Assembly: GCA_051439505.1 (NCBI GenBank)
Contig: JBFRWI010000227.1
Coordinates: 1-51,028, forward strand
Origin: Hormoscilla sp.
Lineage (GTDB): Bacteria > Cyanobacteriota > Cyanobacteriia > Cyanobacteriales > Desertifilaceae
Direction: 5' to 3'
Length of the DNA stretch: 51,028 bases
Each line of letters opens with the position of its first letter. The first letter of the stretch is position 1. The notes below the pieces were generated by a model, which made no database searches, was not told the DNA's origin, and saw only the letters and a list, made by a program, of their open reading frames with translations. Shown here in pieces: positions 1 to 9,776 of this stretch. Made by a program: the position numbers and the translations under genes.

Positions 1-114
1 TGGTGCTCAAGCGCGGTGGAACCACGCCGAACCATCCCGAACTCGGAGGTGAAACATTGTAGCGGCGACGATACTTTCGGGGTGACCCGACGGGAAAATA
101 GCTCGGTGCCAGGA
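1..114 (+). rRNA. rrf: 5S rRNA (first ~3 nt cut off by window edge)
   Basis: Conserved 5S motifs CCATCCCGAACTC, GTGAAAC, GATACT, GGGAAAATAG; the 5' TGGTG pairs with the 3' TGCCAGGA. Confidence 0.97.
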
Positions 115-123
115 TGATTATTT

Positions 124-163
124 AAAAGTAAAGCCCCTCAAGTAATTGAGGGGCTTTACTTTT
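124..163. terminator. Bidirectional intrinsic terminator after 5S rRNA
   Basis: Perfect 18-bp inverted repeat AAAAGTAAAGCCCCTCAA-gtaa-TTGAGGGGCTTTACTTTT between convergent genes. Confidence 0.9.
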
Positions 164-178
164 TGGTGAGAGATTGGT

Positions 179-532
179 TCATTTGCGCACCCGACGTTTG
201 GTTTCTTCGTGCCAGTAGGCGGTAAGAATTTGGGGATTGGGTAGTCCATGGAGACAGACGACTCGCAGACCTCGAAGGACGTCAATGAACTGAGAGTAAG
301 GGGTCTTACGTAAGATGCGGTCATTTAAAGTGAAAGTGATAGCGCCGTGGCTAAATTGCTTGCGCCCATACAAGAGAGCAATTTTGATCATGGCATCGTC
401 AATTGCCCGTTGCTGCTGGCGGCGTTGCAGGTGATTGCTGTCAAGATTGCGACTGGCGATCGCCAGGGTGCCGATTTTGTCCTGGTTGGTATCCCTCTCG
501 ACTATTAGGCTAATCTGTTTTTTTGTCTGCAT
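179..532 (-). CDS. DUF4258-like small protein
   Basis: HLQRRQQQRAI motif and C-terminal ILTAYW strand typical of this family. Confidence 0.6.
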   Translation of the reverse strand: MQTKKQISLIVERDTNQDKIGTLAIASRNLDSNHLQRRQQQRAIDDAMIKIALLYGRKQFSHGAITFTLNDRILRKTPYSQFIDVLRGLRVVCLHGLPNPQILTAYWHEETKRRVRK

Positions 533-769
533 AGTGTTTTCTGTATAGCTCTATAATTAAAGACTACGTAGGTGGTAAATGTTTCTTGAGGACAAATTCT
601 TAAATTTATCCTCAAGATGCTCCAGACAATACTAAACTTGGGCTACAGATAGCAGGCGATCGCCTGCTGTGGCTGTCCCCCTTTTGGTGGATTATACCAT
701 AAAAATGCTGATTAAGCAACTAGCAACGGACAGGCGATCGGGACTACAATTATTGCCAATTAAGCAAAG

Positions 770-1924
770 ATGAAGCGAAAAATACCTTTAGCATGGCTAC
801 AACTGACGCGGGAAAAAGTGCGTCTGACTGTAGCAATTTCAGGAATTGTATTTGCAGATATTTTGATGTTCATGCAGTTGGGTTTTATGAATGCTCTGTT
901 TGAAACAGCAATCACTATCCACAAACATCTGCGAGGCGATTTGGTATTAATGAGTCCCGAATCTGTTAACCTGATCAACATGGAAAGCTTTTCACGGCGC
1001 CGCTTGTTCCAGGCGTCGGGGTTTAAGGGGGTGAAATCTGTTAGTCCTCTGTATATTGGTCTGGGCAACTGGAAAAATCCCCAAACAAATGTTACTCGTG
1101 GGATTCAAATTTTTGCTTTCGATCCGGCAAGACCAGTGTTTAATATTGCCGCATTAAATCAACAGTTAGATACGATTAAACTCCCAAACGTGTTGCTATT
1201 TGATGAAGCTTCGCGACCGGAGTTTGGCCCAGTGGCTGAAAATTTCAAGCAGGGTAATCCTGTGACAACTGAAGTTAATGGTCGCCGAATTAAAATTGGC
1301 GGTCTGGTGAACATTGGTTTGAGTTTTGCTCTAGATGGAAATCTGTTTACTAGCGACCTGAATTTAGTGCGGCTCTCCAATAATCGGTCTATTAACGAAG
1401 TCGAGGTTGGTTTAATTACCCTAACGCCGGATGCTAATGCTAAGGAGGTTCAAAAAACGCTAGCGGCTAATTTGCCTAAAGATGTCCGAGTGCTGACGAT
1501 GGCAGAATTTATAAATTTTGAACAAGAATATTGGAAAAATAGCACGGCGATCGGGTTTATTTTTGGACTAGGTGTGGGCATGGGGTTTATTGTTGGAATT
1601 GTGATTGTTTATCAAATACTTTATACTGATGTAGCAGATCACTTAGCTGAATATGCTACTCTCAAAGCAATGGGATATACAGACCTGTACCTGTTGCAGG
1701 TTGTATTCCAAGAAGCGCTGATTTTATCAATTTTAGGTTATTTTCCCGGCTTGGCTATCTCCTGGGTTTTGTATGGACTGACCGCTAAGGCCACGTTTCT
1801 GCCGATCGCGATGACGATTGCCAATTTATTGCTGGTGCTGAGTTTGACAGTCTTGATGTGTACGATTTCTGGGGCGATCGCGGTGCGGAAACTCCGGGCA
1901 GCGGATCCAGTTGATATCTTTTAA
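770..1924 (+). CDS. devC: DevC-family ABC exporter permease (FtsX-like)
   Basis: IPLAWLQL N-terminus, YQILYTDV..HL.EYATLKAMG, ADPVDIF C-terminus. Confidence 0.92.
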   Translation: MKRKIPLAWLQLTREKVRLTVAISGIVFADILMFMQLGFMNALFETAITIHKHLRGDLVLMSPESVNLINMESFSRRRLFQASGFKGVKSVSPLYIGLGNWKNPQTNVTRGIQIFAFDPARPVFNIAALNQQLDTIKLPNVLLFDEASRPEFGPVAENFKQGNPVTTEVNGRRIKIGGLVNIGLSFALDGNLFTSDLNLVRLSNNRSINEVEVGLITLTPDANAKEVQKTLAANLPKDVRVLTMAEFINFEQEYWKNSTAIGFIFGLGVGMGFIVGIVIVYQILYTDVADHLAEYATLKAMGYTDLYLLQVVFQEALILSILGYFPGLAISWVLYGLTAKATFLPIAMTIANLLLVLSLTVLMCTISGAIAVRKLRAADPVDIF

Positions 1925-1951
1925 GGCAGTATTTTTTAGTATAATTAACTG

Positions 1952-2647
1952 ATGGAGCGAACACAAGTCGTCTCAATTAAAAATCTCAACCATGCTTTTG
2001 GTCAGGGGTCACTGCGCAAACAGGTGTTGTTTGACATTAACTTGGAATTGTACTCTGGGGAAATTGTGCTCTTGACGGGACCTTCTGGATGTGGTAAAAC
2101 TACAATGCTGACCTTAATTGGTGGTTTGCGATCGGTTCAAGCAGGCAGTCTGAAAGTTGTAGGACAAGAATTGTACGATGCTAAAAAAGAACAGCTCGTT
2201 AACATTCGTCGCCAAATTGGGTATATTTTCCAGGCCCATAACCTCCTCAGGTGCTTAACAGCACAGCAAAACGTACAAATGTCGATCGATTTGCATGATG
2301 AACTGCCCGGATCGCAACCCCGATCGATCCAAATACTCTCAGCGGTGGGGTTAAGAGATTATATTGATTACTATCCGGAAAATCTTTCTGGTGGACAAAA
2401 ACAACGAGTGGCGATCGCCCGTGCTTTGGTCAGTCATCCTGCCTTGGTATTGGCGGACGAACCCACAGCGGCCTTAGATAGTAAATCCGGTCGCAACGTT
2501 GTCGAATTGATGCAGCAACTAGCCAGAGATCAGGGGTCTACCATCTTGATAGTAACTCACGATCGTCGCATCCTCGATATTGCCGATCGCATCTTGGAGA
2601 TGGAAGATGGGCGTCTCGTTGGCTCCCCGGTGACATCTGCAAGTTAG
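1952..2647 (+). CDS. devA: DevA-family ABC ATP-binding subunit
   Basis: Walker A GPSGCGKT, LSGGQ, LADEPTAALD; directly follows devC. Confidence 0.92.
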   Translation: MERTQVVSIKNLNHAFGQGSLRKQVLFDINLELYSGEIVLLTGPSGCGKTTMLTLIGGLRSVQAGSLKVVGQELYDAKKEQLVNIRRQIGYIFQAHNLLRCLTAQQNVQMSIDLHDELPGSQPRSIQILSAVGLRDYIDYYPENLSGGQKQRVAIARALVSHPALVLADEPTAALDSKSGRNVVELMQQLARDQGSTILIVTHDRRILDIADRILEMEDGRLVGSPVTSAS

Positions 2648-2713
2648 TTGCCATTAGTAAACAATGCACCCTGTTCACATCTGGAAATGACATCACCGAG
2701 TTAAGGTCCTTCG

Positions 2714-3589
2714 TTATCGAGACCGGGAAGTACGCGAACTCCGATTTTTTCCACTGGTTCCACGAGGATTTTTTCCGCTAGTTGCACGAGGAGCTTTGGA
2801 CTTGAATGAACTAGAAGATGTGGCGTGAGTATCTTCCATAATACGCGGGTTACTGCGTATTGTCACATTGCCTTCATCACGTTGATCTAGCACTAGGAGC
2901 GGCGTCGGTTTTGCCTTTTGATCCCAATGCAGGCCAACCATGTATCCTTGAATTGTCGGTTGCCAGGTATTATGATCTGCTGTCGGGCTAAGATAGGTTT
3001 CCATGCAGTCAATAATGTCACTAATCGTTTTAGAACTCGCCTGGGTGGGTAATTTCGTCAGACTTATCTGAATCCGGAATAGAACTCTTTGTTTCTCTTT
3101 CGCCCCTTCTCCTGTATTATATGTGACATCAAATGTCTGACTCACCTTACGGCCTTTGCCTGTGGTTGATTCCTTGTTGTTGCCACCACGCAGAGCTGGT
3201 CCCACTTGTTCTTTCACCTTCACTTTAATCTGGTTCACGACCGCAAAATGAAACACCTCCTCGTCCATCCTCATTCTCAGATATTCCAAGTTAAATTCCC
3301 GGGAGTGAACCAAATCGGGATTTGTTTCCATTTTTGTGATCGTAGCTTGAGCTAGCTTATACTTTTTTTGCAGCTCTTTGTTCTTAAATTCCTCAAACTT
3401 GATTTTCTTTTCCAGCCCTTTAATAATTCTGAATTTGACAAACAACCCGCCACCAATCAGGACTAACAAGAGTATAGCTGATGGGGCAAGCAAGATAGGC
3501 ACAAGCAAGGAATTTTCTGAGGAAGCTGAATTTGGTTGGGCAGGAGTTTGAGCCAAAGTGGGTTGATGGAGTATGATCCGGTTGAGCAT
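2714..3589 (-). CDS. Hypothetical single-TM protein with coiled coil
   Basis: Likely start at internal Met105 of the ORF; hydrophobic LLVPILLAPSAILLLVLIGGGLFV, then a charged helix and a low-complexity basic tail. Confidence 0.7.
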   Translation of the reverse strand: MLNRIILHQPTLAQTPAQPNSASSENSLLVPILLAPSAILLLVLIGGGLFVKFRIIKGLEKKIKFEEFKNKELQKKYKLAQATITKMETNPDLVHSREFNLEYLRMRMDEEVFHFAVVNQIKVKVKEQVGPALRGGNNKESTTGKGRKVSQTFDVTYNTGEGAKEKQRVLFRIQISLTKLPTQASSKTISDIIDCMETYLSPTADHNTWQPTIQGYMVGLHWDQKAKPTPLLVLDQRDEGNVTIRSNPRIMEDTHATSSSSFKSKAPRATSGKNPRGTSGKNRSSRTSRSR

Positions 3590-4507
3590 GGTAGATACCT
3601 GGTCGAAATGATAATTTATCGTCTGCTTTGATAGATTGCACCACACTACAGTCACTAGATCGCAAGCCGGAGCGAATTTATGCGAGCGGTGGTTGCTGAA
3701 ATCCTTATACTGCAAGGGTTTGGTCGCTGTTCCTCCATAATAGTTGCACAAATGATTTCGGCTCACTATATACGCAAAACTAACTAAAATTGAGCTCTGG
3801 GCGATACTAGCTAGCGAGCTGGCCTGGACTTGGCCATCGCCTGCTTCTGGTGCTAGTCTAGCAATTTTCGCCCTCTTCTCGACGGTGGCTTGATTTGCCA
3901 CATGCTGCTGGGGCAGTCGCTTCGGAACCGGTTGGTGACCATCGGTGCAAATTGTTAACTTTCTTTAAGGACATCTGATTCCCTCAGCATCGACAAGTTT
4001 CCCCCTCTGTTGGGAGGTTGGTTTTGTACCGCACTGCCAAAATTGACTTATGCTTGCCTATGAATTAAGGTAGTTACACTGGTCTTAGACAGATGTTTTC
4101 ATGGCACATCAGGTAGATGTAAGGAATATTTTGAGAGGCGTCCGCCCTGCTGTATAATATACTATACAATAATTGCGAATACTGTATATTATATTATTAC
4201 TTAGTTAAGAAGCACCCTTAAGAAATCGTGAATCTACATAGTCCGACTGTCAGTAGCAGCGAGTGTGAAAGCAGATACCTTGTCAGTTGGGTTCGGTGGG
4301 CCGTACACACAGTCAGTCAGTTGTCAGTTGTTGTCAGCATTATTCGGTGTCGGTGAGATAATTCTGTAATGAAGCCAAAATACTTCACGATCTTTCGTTG
4401 ACCTCCTCCCGCACTATCTTCAGTTGGTGAAGCTAGTTCCGGCTACTTATAAAGCAAATACATAAACTCTTTACTATTTCAGAGAGCTTGGTGCAAAAAA
4501 ATGTTTC

Positions 4508-4596
4508 GGGTGTGGTCTTGCGCCCGGAGATCTAACATCGGATCTCCGGCGACTGGGATATCCCCCCATACAGGATCAACGGGCGCAAGACCACCC
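4508..4596. mobile_element. Degenerate GGGTGTGGTC-family MITE
   Basis: Ends GGGTGTGGTCTTGCGCCCG / CGGGCGCAAGACCACCC; interior CCGGCGACTGGG shared with the 33790 and 45523 copies; no TSD seen. Confidence 0.6.
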
Positions 4597-4717
4597 TATT
4601 ACTTATGCACTGCAACTACCGGTAGTTCAAGCCCCACCAAGGACGAATGTTCTTAAACTATAACTTTTGTTAACTTTTGTTAACTTTAATTCTATTTGTC
4701 CCTAAAGTAGGGCAAAA

Positions 4718-4733
4718 TGTAAATATAAATACA
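4718..4733 (+). promoter_or_regulatory. NtcA box, probably repressive
   Basis: TGTA-AATATAAA-TACA (GTA-N8-TAC) immediately after a CAAAAT -10-like hexamer, upstream of a pirA-like gene; pirA is known to be NtcA-repressed. Confidence 0.75.
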
Positions 4734-4787
4734 GAAAAAGGCTAAGAGAGGGTGAAATAGACCGCTATTCGACAAGAGGTGATTATC

Positions 4788-5183
4788 GTGAAATTGTTTG
4801 AGCGTGGTGCCGGCTACCAAGATGAGCCGATCGAGATGAACGAGGGGTTCTCAGGTGCCGACCAAAATCAAGATTGCCCATTATGGTGCTATCCCAGGCA
4901 CATGCCAGTCCCCCAAGGACCGATCGACCGCAAATGTCGTGGTATTGCTCATAGCACCCACCAAACGGCGGAATCTGAGTTTGCCGCTCTCAATGTTAAA
5001 CCGGTAGTAAGTGCAGGAGACCCAGTCATGTCAACAGCAAAATCCCGTGTCAAGCAAGAAGTGGCCAAAACGCATCGCACCAATATTCTCGAAAATCTGG
5101 AACATCGATTGCAGGTTGCCAGATCCAGAGGAGACCAAGAGTTGATCCGTCAGTTGGAAAAGGAAAAAGAACAAATTTCTTAA
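4788..5183 (+). CDS. pirA: Degenerate DUF4278 domain fused to a PirA-like (PII-interacting regulator of arginine synthesis) domain; internal start at 5028 gives a 51-aa PirA
   Basis: HRTNILENLEHRLQVARSRGDQELIRQLE matches PirA; KLFERGAGY, YPRHMPVPQ and KCRGIAH resemble DUF4278 YRG repeats; RBS GAGGTG before 4788 and AGGAGA before 5028. Confidence 0.75.
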   Translation: MKLFERGAGYQDEPIEMNEGFSGADQNQDCPLWCYPRHMPVPQGPIDRKCRGIAHSTHQTAESEFAALNVKPVVSAGDPVMSTAKSRVKQEVAKTHRTNILENLEHRLQVARSRGDQELIRQLEKEKEQIS

Positions 5184-5214
5184 TCCATTGGTGGTGAACT
5201 AAATGCCAGCAATT

Positions 5215-5249
5215 AAGAAACCCGGTATGAGCAAAAAACCGGGTTTCTT
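5215..5249 (+). terminator. AGAAACC(C)GG-type palindrome / terminator
   Basis: AAGAAACCCGGT...ACCGGGTTTCTT; related palindromes near 20643, 22387 and 32886. Confidence 0.6.
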
Positions 5250-5471
5250 TCATTGCTGGTGAATTGGTTGTTTGATCTGGTGCGGGTCGATGGCGGCCCT
5301 TGTGGCGATCGCGATCGGGATGGCAGATCATTACCAGGCAAGGGTTTGAGCAGATTCGCTGAGGCAGCTACGATGATCGGGAAAAAATCGCCCCTCGACT
5401 GCAAAAAAAGTCAGAAAATCCCCCTCCAAAACGTCTAATATATGGAGAGTCGATTTGACAAAAGAAAAAAC

Positions 5472-5882
5472 ATGAACAGATTTTCGACGGCCTTAAAGGT
5501 GCTCACCGCCTTCTTGCTCGCAGTGCAGCTGTTTTTGATGGTGTCCCCGGCGGCAATGGCCCAGGATATGCCAGCTGTAATAGCTCCTGAGGGCATCTGT
5601 ACTATGGATATCAACCAATGCGGCAATTCGGGTAGCTGCACTTGCCCGGATGGATATGAATATAATTCAATTGTCGGGTATTGCTTGATCGACGACATCG
5701 ATGATGCAACGAGCCGGGGAAGTGGGAGTGGGGTTAAAAGCTCCTGTTCAATTCAAGCGGAGGTTTTGCCTACTACATGTACTCGTGATGTAAATCAGGT
5801 TGGTTATCCCAGCAAGTGCCTTTGCCCGGGTTCTACCCATTACGATCAGAGATTTGGTCAGTGCGTGGCCTCGTTTCGGTAA
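5472..5882 (+). CDS. Secreted cysteine-rich protein with two internal repeats
   Basis: Signal peptide ending SPAAMA; two CTxDxNQxGxxxxCxCP...Y....GxC repeats. Confidence 0.75.
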   Translation: MNRFSTALKVLTAFLLAVQLFLMVSPAAMAQDMPAVIAPEGICTMDINQCGNSGSCTCPDGYEYNSIVGYCLIDDIDDATSRGSGSGVKSSCSIQAEVLPTTCTRDVNQVGYPSKCLCPGSTHYDQRFGQCVASFR

Positions 5883-6136
5883 CACTCCGGCCCGGGGCAG
5901 CCTTGTGAGAGACTCTGAATGCTTTCGGTAGCCTTGACCCCAGGATTCTAGCCCGGACCGCCAAGACTTTCAGAACCCGTAGAACGATCGCCTGTTCTAC
6001 GGGTTCTTTTGTATCCCATATTATATTGAAAATTGAAAATTGAAAAGCCGTTATTTTTCTATTCATGAACATCTATAACTATTTCAATTGACCATTGACA
6101 ATTAACAATTTGAAACCCATTACATCCCGTCTCCCA

Positions 6137-6660
6137 ACGTCTATTTGGACTTAACTTGCATTTGTCTGAGTTAGGACAAACGTCCATAATGGCCAAACAT
6201 CCGTTGATTTTAATTATCCCAACGTCTATTTGGACTTAACTTGCATTTGTCTGAGTTATCCTAACGTCCATAATGGCCAATCATCCGTTGATTTGGGTTA
6301 GCCAAACGTCGCTCAGGGCCAAACCAACGTTGATTTTAGTTAGCCAAACGTTTATCAGGGCCAAACATCCGTTGATTTGGGTTAGCCAAACGTCGATTAT
6401 GGCGAAACTAACGTCAATTTTGGTTAAAATAACGGTAAGTATGGCCAAAAGTAGTCGATTATGGCGAAACTAACGTCGATTTTGGTTAAAATAACGGCAA
6501 GTATGGCCAATAAAAGGTTGATTTGGGTTAGCCAAACGTCGATTATGGCGAAACTAACGTCGATTTTAATTAGCCAAACGTCGCTCAGGGCCAAACCAAC
6601 ATTGATTTGGTTAGACCAACGTCGATAAGGGCCAAACCAACGTTAAAATCTGCAAGATAA
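6137..6660. repeat. Degenerate 21-bp tandem array, about 25 units
   Basis: ACGT/CCGT-starting units every 21 nt (one 22-nt and two 20-nt units), mostly alternating two unit types. Confidence 0.9.
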
Positions 6661-6746
6661 ACGTTTGTAGGAGCTGCATTATTGGTACATTATTAAACCG
6701 CAAGTCCCAAATCTGCTCATCCGCAGACTGCAAACGGGGCAAGAAC

Positions 6747-6908
6747 GGGTGTGGTCAAAAACAGTTGGTATGGGGAGGCCCTCGCGAGGTGCCCCGGCGT
6801 TGCATTCGGAGAGGCTATCTGTCATGTGATGACATAATTGGTCCCCCGAATGCTTCGCCCCTACAGTTATCGGCAGCAAATGACTATCAACCACTTTTGA
6901 CCACACCC
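6747..6908. mobile_element. GGGTGTGGTCA-family MITE (162 bp)
   Basis: TIR GGGTGTGGTCAAAA / TTTTGACCACACCC; 9-bp TSD GGCAAGAAC / GGCAAGGAC (8/9). Confidence 0.85.
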
Positions 6909-7006
6909 GGCAAGGACTAAAGTCCTTACTACAAACAACTACAGGCAGAAACATTATTTGGCTAGGATGGAGTCGGATGCTCAAAGTAGTTACTCTCTTC
7001 TAACTT

Positions 7007-8407
7007 ATGTTTCGCATTCCCCAAGGGATCCCGAACTTGCCGGACTTGACTCATCCTGATGAGTTGATCGCGTTTGGGAGCCAATTACTCAGCAACTTTC
7101 TGATCCTGGCTCTGTTAATAGCCGTTTTAGGCATTGTCTTCGCTGGAGTTAGTTTAGCACTCCGCCGAGACCAACTCTCTGGCAGATGGATAGATTTATG
7201 GCTGGAACGCTATGACTTGATGTTGCGCGTCCTGCAACATGCCACGGTGGTGCTACTCTTCCTGGTAGTGGGCTTTTTCCTCTGTTCTACTCTGGCAAAT
7301 CGTTATCACCATTGGGAACAAGCACGGGTGATACAAGTTGCTAGCGGTGTCGCTGGCGATCGCCTACAACAACAGGCCCCCCGGGTTCGCTATGTGATTC
7401 AAGTTCCTTATACTAGCAGGCGCTATGTAGATCGAAAATGGGTGGAAGTTCAGGAAACACGAGATGTTAACCGCTATCTGACTCTCTCTGGTTCCCAAAT
7501 TAAAGTGGTGCTCAACCAAGTACCGGACCCCACGACCGACGATCGCTTCATCTATTTGGCCGATTTTACCGCTGACTACCAGGTGAGAAATCCTCTGGGC
7601 CAAACTGAAGATTTTTTCTTTGAAATTAGTCCTCCTTACAGCTACTCTTTGCTGCAAAATTTTCGGGTAGAACGAGATGGCATCCGACTGTTGCCAGTTA
7701 ATCCTGGCGACTATGGCTTTCCTTTTCCCTTGCAACCTGGCGAACAAGCTAACTTTCGGGTAACATATCAGGCTCAAGGTAGTTCCCGCTGGGTTTACAA
7801 TGCTAATGGACAATTGCTGTCTAATTTCCGCTTGAGTGCGATCGCCAATTTTCCCCAAGCGGACTTTGCCAGTGGCATTCTCCCTAGTGAAACTGTAACG
7901 GAAGGAAATAGCACTCGCTTCACCTGGGTATTTCAGGATAATGTATCGGTGCGCAACCCCTTTGGCGTGTTTACTGCTACTAACACTGTTCGCGACACGG
8001 GTATTCTTCCCCGCTTGCTGATCTTGACTCCCGGGTTATTCTTGTGGTGGTTGCTGTTGCTGTACTTTTCTGTCCCCATGGCTATACCCGATGTGGCGAT
8101 CGCGGCTGGCATTTTCTTTGCTTGTATCTTAGCCTTAACCTATAGCAGTCGGGTGATGAATGCCCCTCTAGCTTGGAGTAGCATTTCCTTAATTTTGCTC
8201 TGGTTAGCTTGGGGACTGGGTTCTGCAAATCGTCCAAATCGTCAGGCATCTTGGGCCGCGATCGTCCCTACGATCGCTGGGGCCGTACTCCCCGTTTTCG
8301 CCTTATTAATACCCTACAGCGGTCTTACCCTCAGCCTCGCCGCCTTACTCTCCGTCATTTGGTTAGCAGTCCGCCATTGGCACCGCTGGTATATTACTGA
8401 TTCTTAA
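7007..8407 (+). CDS. Integral membrane protein, CreD-like topology
   Basis: Two N-terminal TM segments, a large soluble beta-rich domain, then about five C-terminal TM segments. Confidence 0.7.
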   Translation: MFRIPQGIPNLPDLTHPDELIAFGSQLLSNFLILALLIAVLGIVFAGVSLALRRDQLSGRWIDLWLERYDLMLRVLQHATVVLLFLVVGFFLCSTLANRYHHWEQARVIQVASGVAGDRLQQQAPRVRYVIQVPYTSRRYVDRKWVEVQETRDVNRYLTLSGSQIKVVLNQVPDPTTDDRFIYLADFTADYQVRNPLGQTEDFFFEISPPYSYSLLQNFRVERDGIRLLPVNPGDYGFPFPLQPGEQANFRVTYQAQGSSRWVYNANGQLLSNFRLSAIANFPQADFASGILPSETVTEGNSTRFTWVFQDNVSVRNPFGVFTATNTVRDTGILPRLLILTPGLFLWWLLLLYFSVPMAIPDVAIAAGIFFACILALTYSSRVMNAPLAWSSISLILLWLAWGLGSANRPNRQASWAAIVPTIAGAVLPVFALLIPYSGLTLSLAALLSVIWLAVRHWHRWYITDS

Positions 8408-8411
8408 GTTA

Positions 8412-8560
8412 TAGCAGTTCTCACATTAGTGTGATATGCTATTGGGGAGATTGCTTCGGGGGGGGGTTAACTCTATGAAAGCATAAGTCTATCGCGGTTG
8501 TCCCCCCTCGCAATGACAATAGGCTATGAAAACTATACCACATCAATTTGAGAAATGCTA
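8412..8560. mobile_element. IS630-like MITE
   Basis: TIR TAGCAGTTCTCA / TGAGAAATGCTA flanked by TA on both sides; interior carries GAGATTGCTTCG...CCTCGCAATGAC. Confidence 0.7.
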
Positions 8561-8565
8561 TATCT

Positions 8566-8603
8566 GTAGGGTGGGCCTTTCTGGTGGGCAATGCCCACCC
8601 TAC
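8566..8603. repeat. GTAG-type REP palindrome
   Basis: GTAGGGTGGGC...GCCCACCCTAC; half copy at 43381. Confidence 0.75.
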
Positions 8604-8624
8604 ACGCCCGATCGTCAATCACGA

Positions 8625-9596
8625 TTAATCGGATTTCTTATCTCCATAGGCCAAGCTAGTTACCAAATTACCCTCAGCATTATAGACTCGTCCTTCATCA
8701 CCTTTATTATTCCAGATTGCCCGTTTGATGCCAAAACTGAAGCCTCCCCATTCCGGATGCACTTCATCGGTATATATGCGATAAGTTTGTCCTGGTTCCA
8801 TCATGGTTCCATCGGGGAAAGTGAAATCTTGCTTATCATTGCCAGCATTTACACGCCAACCCGACAGTTCGATCTGTGCATTCCCTTGGTTAGTAATCTC
8901 GATATATTCATCCGACTCCGTCTGTTTCACAGTCCCCTTATAGAAAATGTCCGTGATCGCTACGTCCGCCTTTGCCAATGACATGTCAAACACTGCGTAC
9001 AGTCCCCCGGCTTTGGGATGGGTTACCAGGATACTATTAGCGGGGGACTCTGGATCTATATCCAAGATCGAATTCCCATATACTTGATAGAGGGATTTAA
9101 CTCCCGCAAAGATTGGATGATCGCTGCTAATTTCTTGATTTCCCCTCACGCCATTATATTTTGGTTCCAGTTTCAAGCCAAATGGATTCAGGAAAGTCTT
9201 CCATCGGTTTGCTTCCCCCTGGGCACCGCCAACTCCTGTCCCCGCCAACAGATAAACATTTCCCCCTGCTTTCAGATAATCTACTAGCACCTTGTTGTCA
9301 ACGGCATTCCCCCCCACAAAAATGCCATCATAGGTTAACAAGGTCTCCAAATCGAAGGTGATGCTGTTTGCTCCTGTCGTCCATGTATGACCTGCCTCGG
9401 TCATCGCTTCTGCCAAGGCCGATTCTATCAAACCAAAGTTATTTGAGTAGGCATGGAATTTTCCCGCACCTCCTCCTGTAAACCATTTGGCAACATTGGT
9501 AGCAAAAGTCCCAGCATCAGGTGATTTCTCGAATCCGACATTACTCAATGTCCATTCGTCATTGCCGATCACAATCTTACCATTTTTTTGCGCCAT
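8625..9596 (-). CDS. Lamin-tail-domain (LTD) protein
   Basis: C-terminal ESDEYIEITNQG..LSGW..FTFP..IWNNKGD LTD signature; N-terminal alpha/beta domain unassigned. Confidence 0.8.
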   Translation of the reverse strand: MAQKNGKIVIGNDEWTLSNVGFEKSPDAGTFATNVAKWFTGGGAGKFHAYSNNFGLIESALAEAMTEAGHTWTTGANSITFDLETLLTYDGIFVGGNAVDNKVLVDYLKAGGNVYLLAGTGVGGAQGEANRWKTFLNPFGLKLEPKYNGVRGNQEISSDHPIFAGVKSLYQVYGNSILDIDPESPANSILVTHPKAGGLYAVFDMSLAKADVAITDIFYKGTVKQTESDEYIEITNQGNAQIELSGWRVNAGNDKQDFTFPDGTMMEPGQTYRIYTDEVHPEWGGFSFGIKRAIWNNKGDEGRVYNAEGNLVTSLAYGDKKSD

Positions 9597-9776
9597 GTAA
9601 TTTTTCCTCGCTTTTGTCTATTCTCTCTCAAAATTTACCCACCTCGCGGTGCTGTTTACCTAGATTATCTGATTTTTTCCGTTTTGTCAACACCCGCTGT
9701 TGGTGGAAGCTTGCCATTGTCGGTTTTTGAGTATATACTGGAAATTGTCTGGAACTGAACTGCCTACTGGCAGATA

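Noticed and set aside
3590..3901. N-terminal 104 aa of the 395-aa ORF, and similar extensions at 24297, 31936, 47683 and 50001
   Set aside because: Better-placed internal starts exist and the extensions look non-coding
6137..6660. 21-bp array as a CRISPR or as the 66-aa ORF 6273-6473
   Set aside because: No constant repeat plus unique spacer; the ORF covers only part of the array and frames are broken by stops and indels
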